A stretch of 64,000 nucleotides of DNA from a virus: IMG/VR virus record IMGVR_UViG_3300044634_002252, positions 1 through 64,000 of that record; one strand, 5' to 3'. Below the pieces are notes generated by a model that saw nothing but the letters and a program-made list of their open reading frames with translations, was not told where the DNA came from and searched no databases. This document shows positions 16,647 to 26,272 of this stretch, one piece after another. The first letter of the stretch is position 1. The number at the start of each line of letters is the position of its first letter. The translations under genes were made by a program, and so were the position numbers.

Positions 16647-17341
16647 ACCTCCAAGTAACTCTTTTGACTAAACATACCTTTTAAAAGATCTCGCTCTATT
16701 AGTTTAAAAGAAGAGTCATTTGTTGATAAGAATGGCGATTCCCCAGAGTAATAGTCATAGTCCTTGAATTCCATATTATCAGTTAAATAAACTTTTACAT
16801 CGGACATCATGTCTCCACCTACATTAAACATGTTTCCATACATTGATCTCCACAGCAAATTTTTATATTTAACAACTTTAGAAAGCTTTTCTTTTTCTAC
16901 TAAAAATGGAATATGCAACTCATAGGACAGGGGGTCTTGAATCCCAACTCTGACAAGCTTATCGTGTGTGCTTGTTATTTTTTTCACATATGAGTAGCTA
17001 GCATAAGCGTTTAAGTATTTCTTGTATTTGTCTTTCAAAGTACCCTCGTGGATATAGCCTATGCTGTCAATCTTTTCCATAATATAGAAATCATCGTTCA
17101 TAACTACAAACTTATCATTTATTTGTGGTGCAGCAATCGCAGCTTCTAGATTTTTGTGTACATTTGCATACTTTGTCTCATCCTGACTTACAGATATAAA
17201 ATTCCCAGTATACCAAGGTGGGATGTTGCCTATTAACACTATGTTTGGATCTTTAAAGTTTTTAATTAATGATCTTATTGAGTACTTAAGCTCCTCGGCC
17301 GTCCCAGGCCCACACAAGTAAACAAACTGCATACCACTCAT
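16643..17341 (-). CDS. Stealth-like hexose-phosphotransferase / glycosyltransferase
   Basis: EELKYSIRSL, PPW, FVVMNDDFY. Confidence 0.7.
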   Translation of the reverse strand: MSGMQFVYLCGPGTAEELKYSIRSLIKNFKDPNIVLIGNIPPWYTGNFISVSQDETKYANVHKNLEAAIAAPQINDKFVVMNDDFYIMEKIDSIGYIHEGTLKDKYKKYLNAYASYSYVKKITSTHDKLVRVGIQDPLSYELHIPFLVEKEKLSKVVKYKNLLWRSMYGNMFNVGGDMMSDVKVYLTDNMEFKDYDYYSGESPFLSTNDSSFKLIERDLLKGMFSQKSYLEV

Positions 17342-17434
17342 CATACAATTATATCCTATCGGAAAGGGCTAGAGGCTTATATGCAAATTAGGGGGGTATA
17401 TGTATACCCCCAGCAACTATAAGAGCCCTATGGC

Positions 17435-18430
17435 TTATCTGAAAAGCTCTGGAAGCCCACGTGAGGTAGTCCAGTCTTTGCCAAAGTTAGAGAACAAAGC
17501 TTTATTCTTTGCACTTTCAGCGATCCTGCGAGACCAGGAATATCCTGCATCTCCACCCCACGCTAGCCACATGATGTATCCGTTAGAAGGATTGGCCTGG
17601 TTCCCCCAGTCCTTGCCCTTCTTATCTACCTCATGACGGGAGAAATAAGAATACATACGCTTTACGGTGCTGAGCGATAGCGTCTCTCCATTAGCCAACT
17701 GTCTAGCTCTTGTCCATCCAACTGCAGTTCCTGCTCCTGTTGCTTTACCGTCTTCTTTGAACTTGATAGCACGACGAGCAGCACTCCTAGCCCCAGCAGG
17801 AGGGCTGTAGCCTTCAGCTTTGTCCATGTATTCATTATCATTATCCTCATAATCTTCCATACTAATGTTTGGCATGTTAATTCTTTCAACGTCTGACATC
17901 AATGCACCAATTGAATATGGTGTGTAATAGTAGACTCCATCGTCTTCTTCTAAAATTCTAATTGCTACCGCTGGGTTTTCTGGAGTAGACTCTACTGCAT
18001 AAGGATTTCCTGGCTCTCCATATGTGCCACCTTCAATCATGATATGCTCTACCTGACCTACGATCATACCTTCGGTAGTTCTTGCCATTACAAAGTCTCC
18101 TTCGGTCAGGGAAGCGTCGGCCTTTGATACTGGAACACAGTTAGGAACCATCCTGCCGTTATCCCCTGGCTTCATGCCACGCTGAGTGTATCCTTCCCAA
18201 CAAGGGTCTGCTTTCTTTACTGGCCATTCATCTGGATTCTTAACACTCATGCCACCGTCATTGGTAATCATTTCTTTTTCGTCAATGTTGTCCTCAGATT
18301 GATTGATAGCATAGATTTGATTAGCAGCTTCTTCAGCTGTGGTGTGGCAACCCATTACGGTGCCGTCATCTTTTAGTGCAGGGTATCCCGAGCAACCGTA
18401 CGATCCCTTTTCTCCAACGTGATATGGCAT
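17435..18430 (-). CDS. multi-module phage protein, possibly head-associated
   Basis: GCH.T..EA, DPCWEGY..GMK..VPNCVP, RARQLANG..TVKRMYSYFSRH..WLAWGGDAG modules. Confidence 0.7.
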   Translation of the reverse strand: MPYHVGEKGSYGCSGYPALKDDGTVMGCHTTAEEAANQIYAINQSEDNIDEKEMITNDGGMSVKNPDEWPVKKADPCWEGYTQRGMKPGDNGRMVPNCVPVSKADASLTEGDFVMARTTEGMIVGQVEHIMIEGGTYGEPGNPYAVESTPENPAVAIRILEEDDGVYYYTPYSIGALMSDVERINMPNISMEDYEDNDNEYMDKAEGYSPPAGARSAARRAIKFKEDGKATGAGTAVGWTRARQLANGETLSLSTVKRMYSYFSRHEVDKKGKDWGNQANPSNGYIMWLAWGGDAGYSWSRRIAESAKNKALFSNFGKDWTTSRGLPELFR

Positions 18431-18516
18431 ATAAATATTATAGCACATAGCATAAAAAACCCCTACACAGGATCGTCAAGACCTTTGAATAGGGGTTTTA
18501 TTATAATGCTTTTAAG

Positions 18517-19218
18517 CTACTGAGCTTGCTTTGGCTTTCCGCCGCCACTAGAATTTTTACCAGCTGCTTTCTTTGGAGCCGATCCAAAACCTGGAACTGG
18601 GTTTACTAGCTTAGCTCCCTTTCCTGGCTTTGGCTTAGCTGCAAGCTTGTCGACATCTAAACTAGGAAGTGCTGTGCTGATAACTCCATCATCTGGGGTA
18701 ATGTCCTTTGCAGAATCCCTTAGCTTTTCCCAGGCCATTACAGCCTCAACAAACTCAATAGGGCTAACAAAGCCCTTGCCATTTAGATCCCAACGGTGCA
18801 CCTTACCCTCTACAATTTCAAAGTGAAGGTGACGACCAGCAGATGCTCCAGTGTTTCCCATGACGCCTAGGATGGTTCCAGCTTCAACCTTCTGACCAGT
18901 CTTAACCTTTAAAGAACCTTCGGCCATGTGTCCATAGCGAGCTACATACAACTTACCATTAATCTGGCTTCTTATGTCTACATACCATCCAACTCCACCA
19001 ATAGAGCCATCTGCATTCTTTAGTTTAGACGGACCTGCATAAACTACCTTGCCATCATGCCAGGCTTCGCAATAAATTTTTGGGTTAGGGCCCCAAAGGT
19101 CCGTGCCATTATGATGCTTCTTAATTTTCTCTATAGGATGCACCCTCCATCCGAAGGGACTTGTAATCTTCCAGTCCTTGCCCTTTTTCCCATCGATAGG
19201 GTATTGTGTCTTTGCCAT
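18517..19218 (-). CDS. M23 peptidase (putative endolysin)
   Basis: ITSPFGWRVHP, HNGTD, YGHM, HLHFE. Confidence 0.85.
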   Translation of the reverse strand: MAKTQYPIDGKKGKDWKITSPFGWRVHPIEKIKKHHNGTDLWGPNPKIYCEAWHDGKVVYAGPSKLKNADGSIGGVGWYVDIRSQINGKLYVARYGHMAEGSLKVKTGQKVEAGTILGVMGNTGASAGRHLHFEIVEGKVHRWDLNGKGFVSPIEFVEAVMAWEKLRDSAKDITPDDGVISTALPSLDVDKLAAKPKPGKGAKLVNPVPGFGSAPKKAAGKNSSGGGKPKQAQ

Positions 19219-19302
19219 AAAATCTCCTTATTAAGCGTTGTAATTATTAAAATTAACGCATATATATTATAGCATATGGTAAAATAGAACAAAAGGAACA
19301 AT

Positions 19303-19992
19303 ATGCCTAAAATTCCAACCAGATGGCTAGACCCCTCTGATACTGTCAACTTTCCAGACGATCGGGTTGAGAGTGCTAGAGAGATTTCAGAATCTCAATT
19401 AAAAAATTGTAAGATTATACCAAGCAGAGAACACTTTATAAAATATCTTCCAGAAAATCTTAGATACTTAGAGATAGGCGTTGCCTGGGGATATTATGCT
19501 GATCTAGTCTGCTCTAAAAATCCCACAGTATTTCACTTAATGGACACCTACAACCAGGATCTAAAGTGCTGGTCTTGGAGAAAGTTTGAAGAATGTAAGT
19601 GTGAGGGCAAGAAGCATGAACTTCTTTACTCTCCCGAAACACATCAAGATTATATAAATAAAAGATATAGTGCGCATAATGCCTTGACTATAAAAGGCAA
19701 AGCTCCTGACCAAATTGATGACTCTTACGAGTACGACTATATATATATTGATTTTATTAATGAAAGATTTGCAATTCGTGACACTCTTAACAAGTGTAAG
19801 GACATGGTTCCTATTGGTGGCTACCTTGGCGTTAATGACTACTTAATCTATGATGGAGTTATTGAGGACTCTCTCTATGGCACATACCAGGCAGTAAATG
19901 AATTTCTACACTTTAATAAAAATTGGTCAGTGGTCGCTTTAGCTTTACATCCCTTGGGATTTTATGATATCTATTTGAGGAAAGATCTATGA
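19303..19992 (+). CDS. class I SAM-dependent methyltransferase
   Basis: YLEIGVAWG, YDYIYID, GGYLGVNDY. Confidence 0.75.
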   Translation: MPKIPTRWLDPSDTVNFPDDRVESAREISESQLKNCKIIPSREHFIKYLPENLRYLEIGVAWGYYADLVCSKNPTVFHLMDTYNQDLKCWSWRKFEECKCEGKKHELLYSPETHQDYINKRYSAHNALTIKGKAPDQIDDSYEYDYIYIDFINERFAIRDTLNKCKDMVPIGGYLGVNDYLIYDGVIEDSLYGTYQAVNEFLHFNKNWSVVALALHPLGFYDIYLRKDL

Positions 19993-20891
19993 AAGAAAAA
20001 ATACTTACAGATGATTTTGAAATAATTCCAAGCCATTCCTCAGTTGTAAATGAAATATTCCAAAATGATTTTGACATAACTTGGCATGATGGATATAGGG
20101 CCAGCGGCTCTACTCAGAGAGTATGGGGTATCATTCCAGGAGAAAATGCCAAGGATGATGGAACGATTTCTTACCATTATAATAATAATTACTTTAGGTC
20201 TGATGAGTTTGTGGCGGAGCACAGTGGAAGGCATGTTCTTTTTGCAGGATGCTCAGAAACTGAGGGTCAGGGTGGGGATATAGAAAGTTCTTGGGGAAAA
20301 ATACTTTTAAATAAAATAGAAAATGTTTCTGGATTTTATAATCTGGGAAAGTCTGGATATGGCTGGCAAAAAGTAATTAGCCAATTACGGATATATATAA
20401 ACAAGTATGGAAAGCCAGACAATCTGTTTGTTTTATTACCCAACATAGGCAGATCAATAGAGTGGTCTGAGGAAGACAAGGACTGGTATGCTAAGCAGTT
20501 TTATCCAAGACTTGGACCAACCAAGGCTTTAGGTTTTCAAAGCATGTACCTATCTGAACAATCAGTTGAGCAATATAAAAAAACTTTTATAGATTTTGTA
20601 ATATCTTGGAGATTATTTGAGGATTTTTGCGAAGCTGCAAACATAAAATTAGTTTGGGGTACCTGGCAATCAATAGATGATTATAACTTTAGCAAGCTTC
20701 AGTTATTTAAAAACTTTGTCCCCTTGCCTAAGCAGCAACTTCCAAGCCTAATTGACAGATATAGAGAAAACGCTAAGCTAGAAAAGTTTGACCTAGACAA
20801 AAGGGATGGGCATCACGGAAAACTTTTCCACGAGTACTGGGCAGATATTATGTTTGAAGAAGCCAAGAAAAAAGGATTTTTAAATGATTAA
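19989..20891 (+). CDS. SGNH-hydrolase-like protein
   Basis: FAGCSETEG, YNLGKSG, RDGHHG. Confidence 0.7.
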   Translation: MKEKILTDDFEIIPSHSSVVNEIFQNDFDITWHDGYRASGSTQRVWGIIPGENAKDDGTISYHYNNNYFRSDEFVAEHSGRHVLFAGCSETEGQGGDIESSWGKILLNKIENVSGFYNLGKSGYGWQKVISQLRIYINKYGKPDNLFVLLPNIGRSIEWSEEDKDWYAKQFYPRLGPTKALGFQSMYLSEQSVEQYKKTFIDFVISWRLFEDFCEAANIKLVWGTWQSIDDYNFSKLQLFKNFVPLPKQQLPSLIDRYRENAKLEKFDLDKRDGHHGKLFHEYWADIMFEEAKKKGFLND

Positions 20892-20964
20892 AAAAATTAT
20901 TAAGTGGTACAGAATTAGAAAAATAAAAAAGTCTTTAAAGAAAAAAAGAAATTTTATATATTAA
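20884..20964 (+). CDS. 26-aa Lys-rich peptide ending FIY (not in ORF track)
   Basis: MIKKIIKWYRIRKIKKSLKKKRNFIY, overlapping upstream stop. Confidence 0.5.
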   Translation: MIKKIIKWYRIRKIKKSLKKKRNFIY

Positions 20965-21242
20965 TTTTCTGAATCTTCGCCAGCAAACATTTTGGCAAGT
21001 CTTACCTCGCACAGTTTTCCCTGGTGCTTGTCGGTAATTACACCATCGATCTTAGCTGTGAATGCAGGGGTCGCACTAAATCTCCAACCGTCAGATAGCT
21101 TGGCAAACTGATCTTCATCCTGCCCAGCCCTGAGTCTAATAATAGATACTTCTGGGTGCTGCTGGCTAAATAAATCAACCTTTTCCTGCACCTCTTCTGA
21201 GGCAGAGCAGTTATCTCCACTTACAAAAATTAGTTCTTTCAT
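20961..21242 (-). CDS. thioredoxin-like protein (CxxS)
   Basis: NCSAS, ATPAF; RBS GAAAGGA. Confidence 0.65.
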   Translation of the reverse strand: MKELIFVSGDNCSASEEVQEKVDLFSQQHPEVSIIRLRAGQDEDQFAKLSDGWRFSATPAFTAKIDGVITDKHQGKLCEVRLAKMFAGEDSEN

Positions 21243-21318
21243 GAGTGTTCCTTTCATATTGAACAATTAATTGTATCAGGTTTTGTGATATAATTTTTAT
21301 ATAATTGAGAGGTAATAA

Positions 21319-22026
21319 GTGAACAAAGAACGTTTAGAAAATGCTCAAAATAACGTTACAAAAAGTCGTAAAGATAACGTATTCCCATACGAGTCTCCAA
21401 TTCCTGGTGTACACATTTATAGTAATGTCTGGCCAAACTCTATAGACTTCTTTAATAAAATTGAGAATGATGAGTATTGGGATCAAAATCCCAACGGAAA
21501 CAGGAAATGGGTTAGGGAGGATTACCTTGACGAAGATACTGGTAAAAAAAGTAGCACATGTTGGATTTGGAGCGATCCAGAGGTTACAGAAAACCTTGAG
21601 GAAGTTATCGACTCTTATCTATACCACTGGAATCTGGGTCCAAAAAGCAGGGAAGATTTAAGAATAACAAAATTTACTGGCCCAGGAGAATTTTTTGGAT
21701 CACATTCTGACGACACCTTTGCCACACCAAGAACGGTGTCCTTAGTTTACTATCCTAATGATGATTATGATGGTGGGGAGCTAGAGTTTATTCATTTTGG
21801 CGTAAAGGTTAAACCTAAGGCTGGACAGCTATTTCTTTTCCCATCTGGATATAGCTATGAGCACAAGGTTTACCCTGTAAAGAGTGGTACTAGAATTACT
21901 ATGGTCTGCTTCTTTAATGAAATTACTTTTAGTGAAAGAGAACAAAGACAGGGTCTGCTGGATCCTAACAAGTACTACCAGCCAAAAGTTGAGTATGTTT
22001 TCAGCCCCACTTTTGGAAACAATTAA
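21319..22026 (+). CDS. 2OG-Fe(II) oxygenase (P4H-like)
   Basis: HSD, YPNDDYDGGEL, LFPS..YEH.V..V.SGTR. Confidence 0.85.
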   Translation: MNKERLENAQNNVTKSRKDNVFPYESPIPGVHIYSNVWPNSIDFFNKIENDEYWDQNPNGNRKWVREDYLDEDTGKKSSTCWIWSDPEVTENLEEVIDSYLYHWNLGPKSREDLRITKFTGPGEFFGSHSDDTFATPRTVSLVYYPNDDYDGGELEFIHFGVKVKPKAGQLFLFPSGYSYEHKVYPVKSGTRITMVCFFNEITFSEREQRQGLLDPNKYYQPKVEYVFSPTFGNN

Positions 22027-22047
22027 GCTAAATAAACAATAAGAAAA

Positions 22048-22073
22048 AGCGGCCTACAAAAATGCAGGCCGCT
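22048..22073. terminator. bidirectional intrinsic terminator
   Basis: AGCGGCCT...AGGCCGCT with A/T flanks between convergent genes. Confidence 0.7.
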
Positions 22074-22088
22074 ATTCTTTATTTTAAA

Positions 22089-22436
22089 TTACTGAACTTG
22101 CTTTGGCTTTGTGCCACTTCCCGAACTTGGCTTCTTGGCTGCTGGCTTCTTCTTTGCACTGCTTGATGAAGATGCCTTAGCGCTATCGCTAAGCTTCTTG
22201 GAAACAGAGGAAGCCACTACGGTTGCAACAGCACCGAAGGCTGGATCTGCCTTGTTAACCCAACGAAGAATTACTGGGATAAGAGATGCCCAGAGTGCGT
22301 TCGCTACTAGTAGCCACTCGCTTCCCCCAAAATCAATTGGTGAGCTAACTCCAGATGTTTGCATCACAATCATGATGGCTCCAATGACCTGGCCGAGGAG
22401 GTTCCTCAGGTAGGACTCAATTACTGCTTTATTCAT
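22089..22436 (-). CDS. holin-like membrane protein
   Basis: SYLR, two TM, LRWVN..DPAFG, basic tail; RBS AAGGAG. Confidence 0.65.
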   Translation of the reverse strand: MNKAVIESYLRNLLGQVIGAIMIVMQTSGVSSPIDFGGSEWLLVANALWASLIPVILRWVNKADPAFGAVATVVASSVSKKLSDSAKASSSSSAKKKPAAKKPSSGSGTKPKQVQ

Positions 22437-22453
22437 TTTTCTCCTTATTATAT

Positions 22454-22642
22454 TTACCACAATACCTCCGAAGAGATAGTCGTGTAATGTATTTTACAAA
22501 ACGGCAAAAACCGCTTTTCTGTATTTTGGTATACCTTATATACACCGCTATCACAATTAAAGATGCAGCATACACCATCTTCGCCTTTGAAAAAATCAGC
22601 TAGGCTGGTGTCTATATTGCTTGGATCTTTTAGTGGTAGCAT
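22454..22642 (-). CDS. hypothetical Cys/His protein
   Basis: CCIFNC...FCKIH. Confidence 0.55.
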   Translation of the reverse strand: MLPLKDPSNIDTSLADFFKGEDGVCCIFNCDSGVYKVYQNTEKRFLPFCKIHYTTISSEVLW

Positions 22643-22644
22643 CT

Positions 22645-23031
22645 TTATTCCGCCACTCCTGAATTTTCAGATGGCAGAAGACTAATTAGTTTTTTATAGC
22701 AGGCATCCACATCTGAGGCTGATCCATCAGAATCAACTAGTGACTTCAGCTCTAAAAGCGTGGCCTGCACATCCTCTATATATTCATATGCGCTAGATCT
22801 TGAGTCCGACAAAAACTTAATAAAGTCATTCTCAATGCTAGGAGCATTGTTTGCCATAAAAGAAAGCTTCTTTATCTCATCGGACATAATCTGCTTATCT
22901 ACAACAAGCTGTGCAATTACAGAATATAGCTTAGTATTCTTAGTTTTGAGAATAACAGAAAGTATGAAAAGGCCAAGCAGTGCAGCTACAAGAAAGCCCA
23001 TGACAATTATTTCAATTAGATCGAAGCTCAT
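22645..23031 (-). CDS. membrane-anchored hypothetical protein
   Basis: N-terminal TM; FIKFLSDSR..AYEYIE. Confidence 0.7.
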   Translation of the reverse strand: MSFDLIEIIVMGFLVAALLGLFILSVILKTKNTKLYSVIAQLVVDKQIMSDEIKKLSFMANNAPSIENDFIKFLSDSRSSAYEYIEDVQATLLELKSLVDSDGSASDVDACYKKLISLLPSENSGVAE

Positions 23032-23498
23032 GCGACTCCTTCATGCGTTACCCAATAATACTGGCACTTATCACAACAAGGGTTGGCTTTGTCATGAACA
23101 AAGTCCATATAAAATTCTGGATCTTTTCTATATAGATTTGCCCTGTGTGATTCTGTTAGCCTGTTTATAATAGGCGTATTGTTGAGCCAGAATGGCTTGT
23201 TGGTGCCCCACCTGCCCCTAGTGGCATTACGAAGGTTATTTATATTCTCTAAATTCTTATCTGTCTTGATGCCCCTGGCAGTTGCAACGCTAGCCATAGC
23301 CAATACGTATTCGTAAAGGGTAGACTCTGCACCCTTCCACATCTTAACAGCTGGGTGGTTTCTCCAAGCAGCCCTGGGGTCGTCGCTATTTAAAACCTTG
23401 AGAATCTGATAGCCCTCTAGGATTTGCTTGTTGAGGCGTTTATTATCTAGTACCTCAGCAGACTCTCTAAAGTCTCTATATGGTAGAAAGGTTTGCAT
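23028..23498 (-). CDS. pyrimidine-dimer DNA glycosylase / endonuclease V family protein
   Basis: MQTFLPY..LD.KRL.KQ..E, WRNHPAVKMW, SHRANLYRKD. Confidence 0.85.
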   Translation of the reverse strand: MQTFLPYRDFRESAEVLDNKRLNKQILEGYQILKVLNSDDPRAAWRNHPAVKMWKGAESTLYEYVLAMASVATARGIKTDKNLENINNLRNATRGRWGTNKPFWLNNTPIINRLTESHRANLYRKDPEFYMDFVHDKANPCCDKCQYYWVTHEGVA

Positions 23499-23740
23499 TA
23501 CTGTTCTACTCCACCTTCTCGTACAAGTAGTACGATTGCTCCATTATCCTCGAGAGCCTTTTTGACCCTTACCATATATTCTACAGCACGGCGCTTGTCT
23601 TCGTCAACCAGCTTCATAAAAATATCTTCTTTTGCCTTTACGGTAACAAAGTTGTCATTATCTATAACCTGCACCCCAAATCCTTTGGGAGCAAAGTGAT
23701 CTAGAGATCTAAAGGCTCTTTGCATTGCATCTGTATACAT
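23498..23740 (-). CDS. hypothetical phage protein
   Basis: ORF with 1-nt overlaps. Confidence 0.7.
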   Translation of the reverse strand: MYTDAMQRAFRSLDHFAPKGFGVQVIDNDNFVTVKAKEDIFMKLVDEDKRRAVEYMVRVKKALEDNGAIVLLVREGGVEQ

Positions 23741-24024
23741 TAGTTATCCATCGTTAAATATTTCCAAGTTTCTGCCCACTCGGATTTGCTTCTATGTTTA
23801 TTAAACTCTCTAGAGATTTTTCCACCTTCTAGATAAACCCCACCCCAAACTCCCCACTCTTTTTGAGAAATTCCAACAGCAAAACATTGTGTTGCAACTG
23901 GGCATTTAGAGCATAGCTTATCTATAGCAGGTCTAAGAGTTAAGTCTTCTTCATATTTATCAAAAAATAAATTTGAATCGTAGTCTTGGCACGAAGCCTC
24001 GTTTTTCCATTCATTGGGTTGCAT
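23740..24024 (-). CDS. whiB: WhiB-family transcription factor
   Basis: W...ASC...LFF, CSKCPV..QC, GVWGG. Confidence 0.9.
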   Translation of the reverse strand: MQPNEWKNEASCQDYDSNLFFDKYEEDLTLRPAIDKLCSKCPVATQCFAVGISQKEWGVWGGVYLEGGKISREFNKHRSKSEWAETWKYLTMDN

Positions 24025-24028
24025 TTAG

Positions 24029-24244
24029 TCACCCCATGAACTTGTTTGGAATCTCCCAGCCATTGGTGGACAGAGCAAATATCTTTTGAATGTGCCACCT
24101 ACCCTTGACATAGGCACCGTCTGGCCTTGACCAGGCAGCAGGGTTTGGAACAAGATATACTACATCCCATCCGTTCCAAGAAAGAGATTTGTTAGATTCA
24201 ACAATCTTTTCCATTTGTTCAAGTGATTTGATTATCATCATCAC
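24029..24244 (-). CDS. hypothetical protein
   Basis: ORF in operon. Confidence 0.65.
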   Translation of the reverse strand: MMMIIKSLEQMEKIVESNKSLSWNGWDVVYLVPNPAAWSRPDGAYVKGRWHIQKIFALSTNGWEIPNKFMG

Positions 24245-24630
24245 TCCTTATAATAGATACTATCTTTTTTATTTTGTTTTATTTCGTGATATCTATGAAT
24301 CTGGACATCTACATCCTTTGACTCTAGAAAATTTACAAGATCTGGCAATGATTCTTTGCTGTTACAAAAAAAAGAAAACATTTCTAGTTTGTAAAAATTG
24401 TTTTTAAACCATGACTCAGGAACGCTGACAAGCTTTACCTTTATGCCACGGGACTTGAAGTTTGAAACATTTACAAACTCAAGTGCCATATCTTTTATTC
24501 TCTTTGGACCGCCACTAAAAATTACTAACTCTTCGTCTAAATCTTTTAGCCTGCGCAATACCATTGCCATGCCAGAAAGGAAAATAGCATAGTCATTAAA
24601 GGCCTTTGAACCCTCTACCCCTACCATCAT
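24241..24630 (-). CDS. SLOG/YspA-like protein
   Basis: VEGSKAFNDY, IFSGG. Confidence 0.5.
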   Translation of the reverse strand: MMVGVEGSKAFNDYAIFLSGMAMVLRRLKDLDEELVIFSGGPKRIKDMALEFVNVSNFKSRGIKVKLVSVPESWFKNNFYKLEMFSFFCNSKESLPDLVNFLESKDVDVQIHRYHEIKQNKKDSIYYKE

Positions 24631-25030
24631 TTTTCTTGCCTTCCGTAAGCTTTTGAACAATAAAAAACATCTTGTCTAATTCTACCTTATTCATACCCAT
24701 TGTGTCAACTACTTTTTTAGAAAAATCATCAATTTTTCCTTCAATAACGTTGGCCTGGTAGAAGCAGTTATCTTTAACCCAGTAGGCAAGGCCATCTACA
24801 AAGACAACTCGCAGCTCATCGTTTGACACAAGGTTCCTGGACTGCGTGTTTTTAGCTTTAGGAAAGCTCATTAGTCTATTTATCTCAGAGCCAACCAGGT
24901 CATGGATATGACTTTGCCTATATATCACTTTGTTAATAAGATACTTTTTTTCAAAGTTTGACCTTAACAACCCAGACCTTATTAAAATAATTAATACTAT
25001 TGTAAAAATGGATCCCGCTAAAAATTCCAA
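24596..25030 (-). CDS. membrane-anchored hypothetical protein
   Basis: N-terminal TM, ORF. Confidence 0.65.
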   Translation of the reverse strand: MEFLAGSIFTIVLIILIRSGLLRSNFEKKYLINKVIYRQSHIHDLVGSEINRLMSFPKAKNTQSRNLVSNDELRVVFVDGLAYWVKDNCFYQANVIEGKIDDFSKKVVDTMGMNKVELDKMFFIVQKLTEGKKNDGRGRGFKGL

Positions 25031-25049
25031 GAGAGCACCCCGCTATACA

Positions 25050-25382
25050 CTACCATTGTCTTAAAACCTCGGTAATACTTATTAGCGATGTCCTGTGAAT
25101 TTCTGGCAAAAGAGCAACCTCGTTAGGATCTAAAGCTTTTTCTTTTAGAGTTACTGTAGGATTATCGGACTCGATGTCCATCTCTAAAAATCCGTGCTCC
25201 CATAAATAGGTTATTGACTGGTAGAATTCTTCATCTAGCTGTCTTCTAAGATCTGGAATTACTCTTTTAGCCTTTTCTGTAAAAGAGTATAAGAAATTTT
25301 TAGTTTCCGAATCTATTCCAGAAACCTCTACATATCCATTTAGAATTAAATATTCTAAGGATTCTTCTGAATTATTTTCCAT
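25050..25382 (-). CDS. hypothetical protein
   Basis: ORF in operon. Confidence 0.7.
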   Translation of the reverse strand: MENNSEESLEYLILNGYVEVSGIDSETKNFLYSFTEKAKRVIPDLRRQLDEEFYQSITYLWEHGFLEMDIESDNPTVTLKEKALDPNEVALLPEIHRTSLISITEVLRQW

Positions 25383-25773
25383 TTCTTTTAGCTAGGAGTG
25401 CGTCAAAGTCTTTTACTTTTGTGTCTCCCAGATACCCCCAGGCATAACCCTTCTCAATCATTTCGTGGTTTACAGAGTTACCCTCACCATCAAGATAAAT
25501 CCAACCAAGGATACGACCATACTTCTCAGAGCTATCAAGCTTCTCAGTCTTAATAATAACATTCTTTGCTGACTTAATCCTGGTCTCAAGATACTTCTTT
25601 GACTCTAGGCCCAGAGCTTTTTCTTTCTTATCAGTAGTGCGAGATTCTGGGGTATCAATGCCAGCTAGTCTAACCCTAGAGGCAAACATAATATCAAAAC
25701 CTAGATCAATAACAACATCAATGGTGTCTCCATCAACAACCTTTACAACTTCTTTTACGTAATACTCATACAT
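25372..25773 (-). CDS. thermonuclease (SNase-like)
   Basis: VVDGDTI, VRLAGIDTPE, KYGRILG. Confidence 0.9.
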   Translation of the reverse strand: MYEYYVKEVVKVVDGDTIDVVIDLGFDIMFASRVRLAGIDTPESRTTDKKEKALGLESKKYLETRIKSAKNVIIKTEKLDSSEKYGRILGWIYLDGEGNSVNHEMIEKGYAWGYLGDTKVKDFDALLAKRNGK

Positions 25774-26272
25774 TTCTAGTCTCCTTAATTTTATCTAGAA
25801 TAACTCTTACCCAATAGCTTGAGGAATTGTCATCGTCGTTTCCAAAATTAGTTATGTGGATGTCATACTCGCTAGGGTCTGGCTCTTCCCAGTAGTTTAA
25901 CTCTTGAAATTCTATGTTGTCGTGGTTATCTACTAGCTGAACCTTACGCTCAAGATACCCAGGAATCTTGTCAAAGTCTTCGTGTGGGATGCTATCTACA
26001 TAGATTGCCAAGTCTGGCATCGCCCTGCCTTCTTCAATTTTATATTGTTCTCTGGCTTCTGCAGTGGCAAAATATCCGCTAGTAATAATATCTCCATGAT
26101 AGTTTCTATCAAATAGTTTGGAGACCACTCGAAGCCATCTGGCCTGTTGGGGTTGCGTATGCCCCATTGGAAGATCTGTACTATCTAAATACCAAGCATC
26201 TAGCTCTTTTGCGAGCTGTTTGCCAATTATATTCCTGGCATTTGCATCCATGCCAAACATTTGAATAATCAA
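25766..26272 (-). CDS. adenylylsulfate-kinase-like protein with degenerate P-loop
   Basis: MIIQMFG...LAKEL.A.YLD and WEEP; GxxGxGKT absent. Confidence 0.45.
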   Translation of the reverse strand: MIIQMFGMDANARNIIGKQLAKELDAWYLDSTDLPMGHTQPQQARWLRVVSKLFDRNYHGDIITSGYFATAEAREQYKIEEGRAMPDLAIYVDSIPHEDFDKIPGYLERKVQLVDNHDNIEFQELNYWEEPDPSEYDIHITNFGNDDDNSSSYWVRVILDKIKETRNV

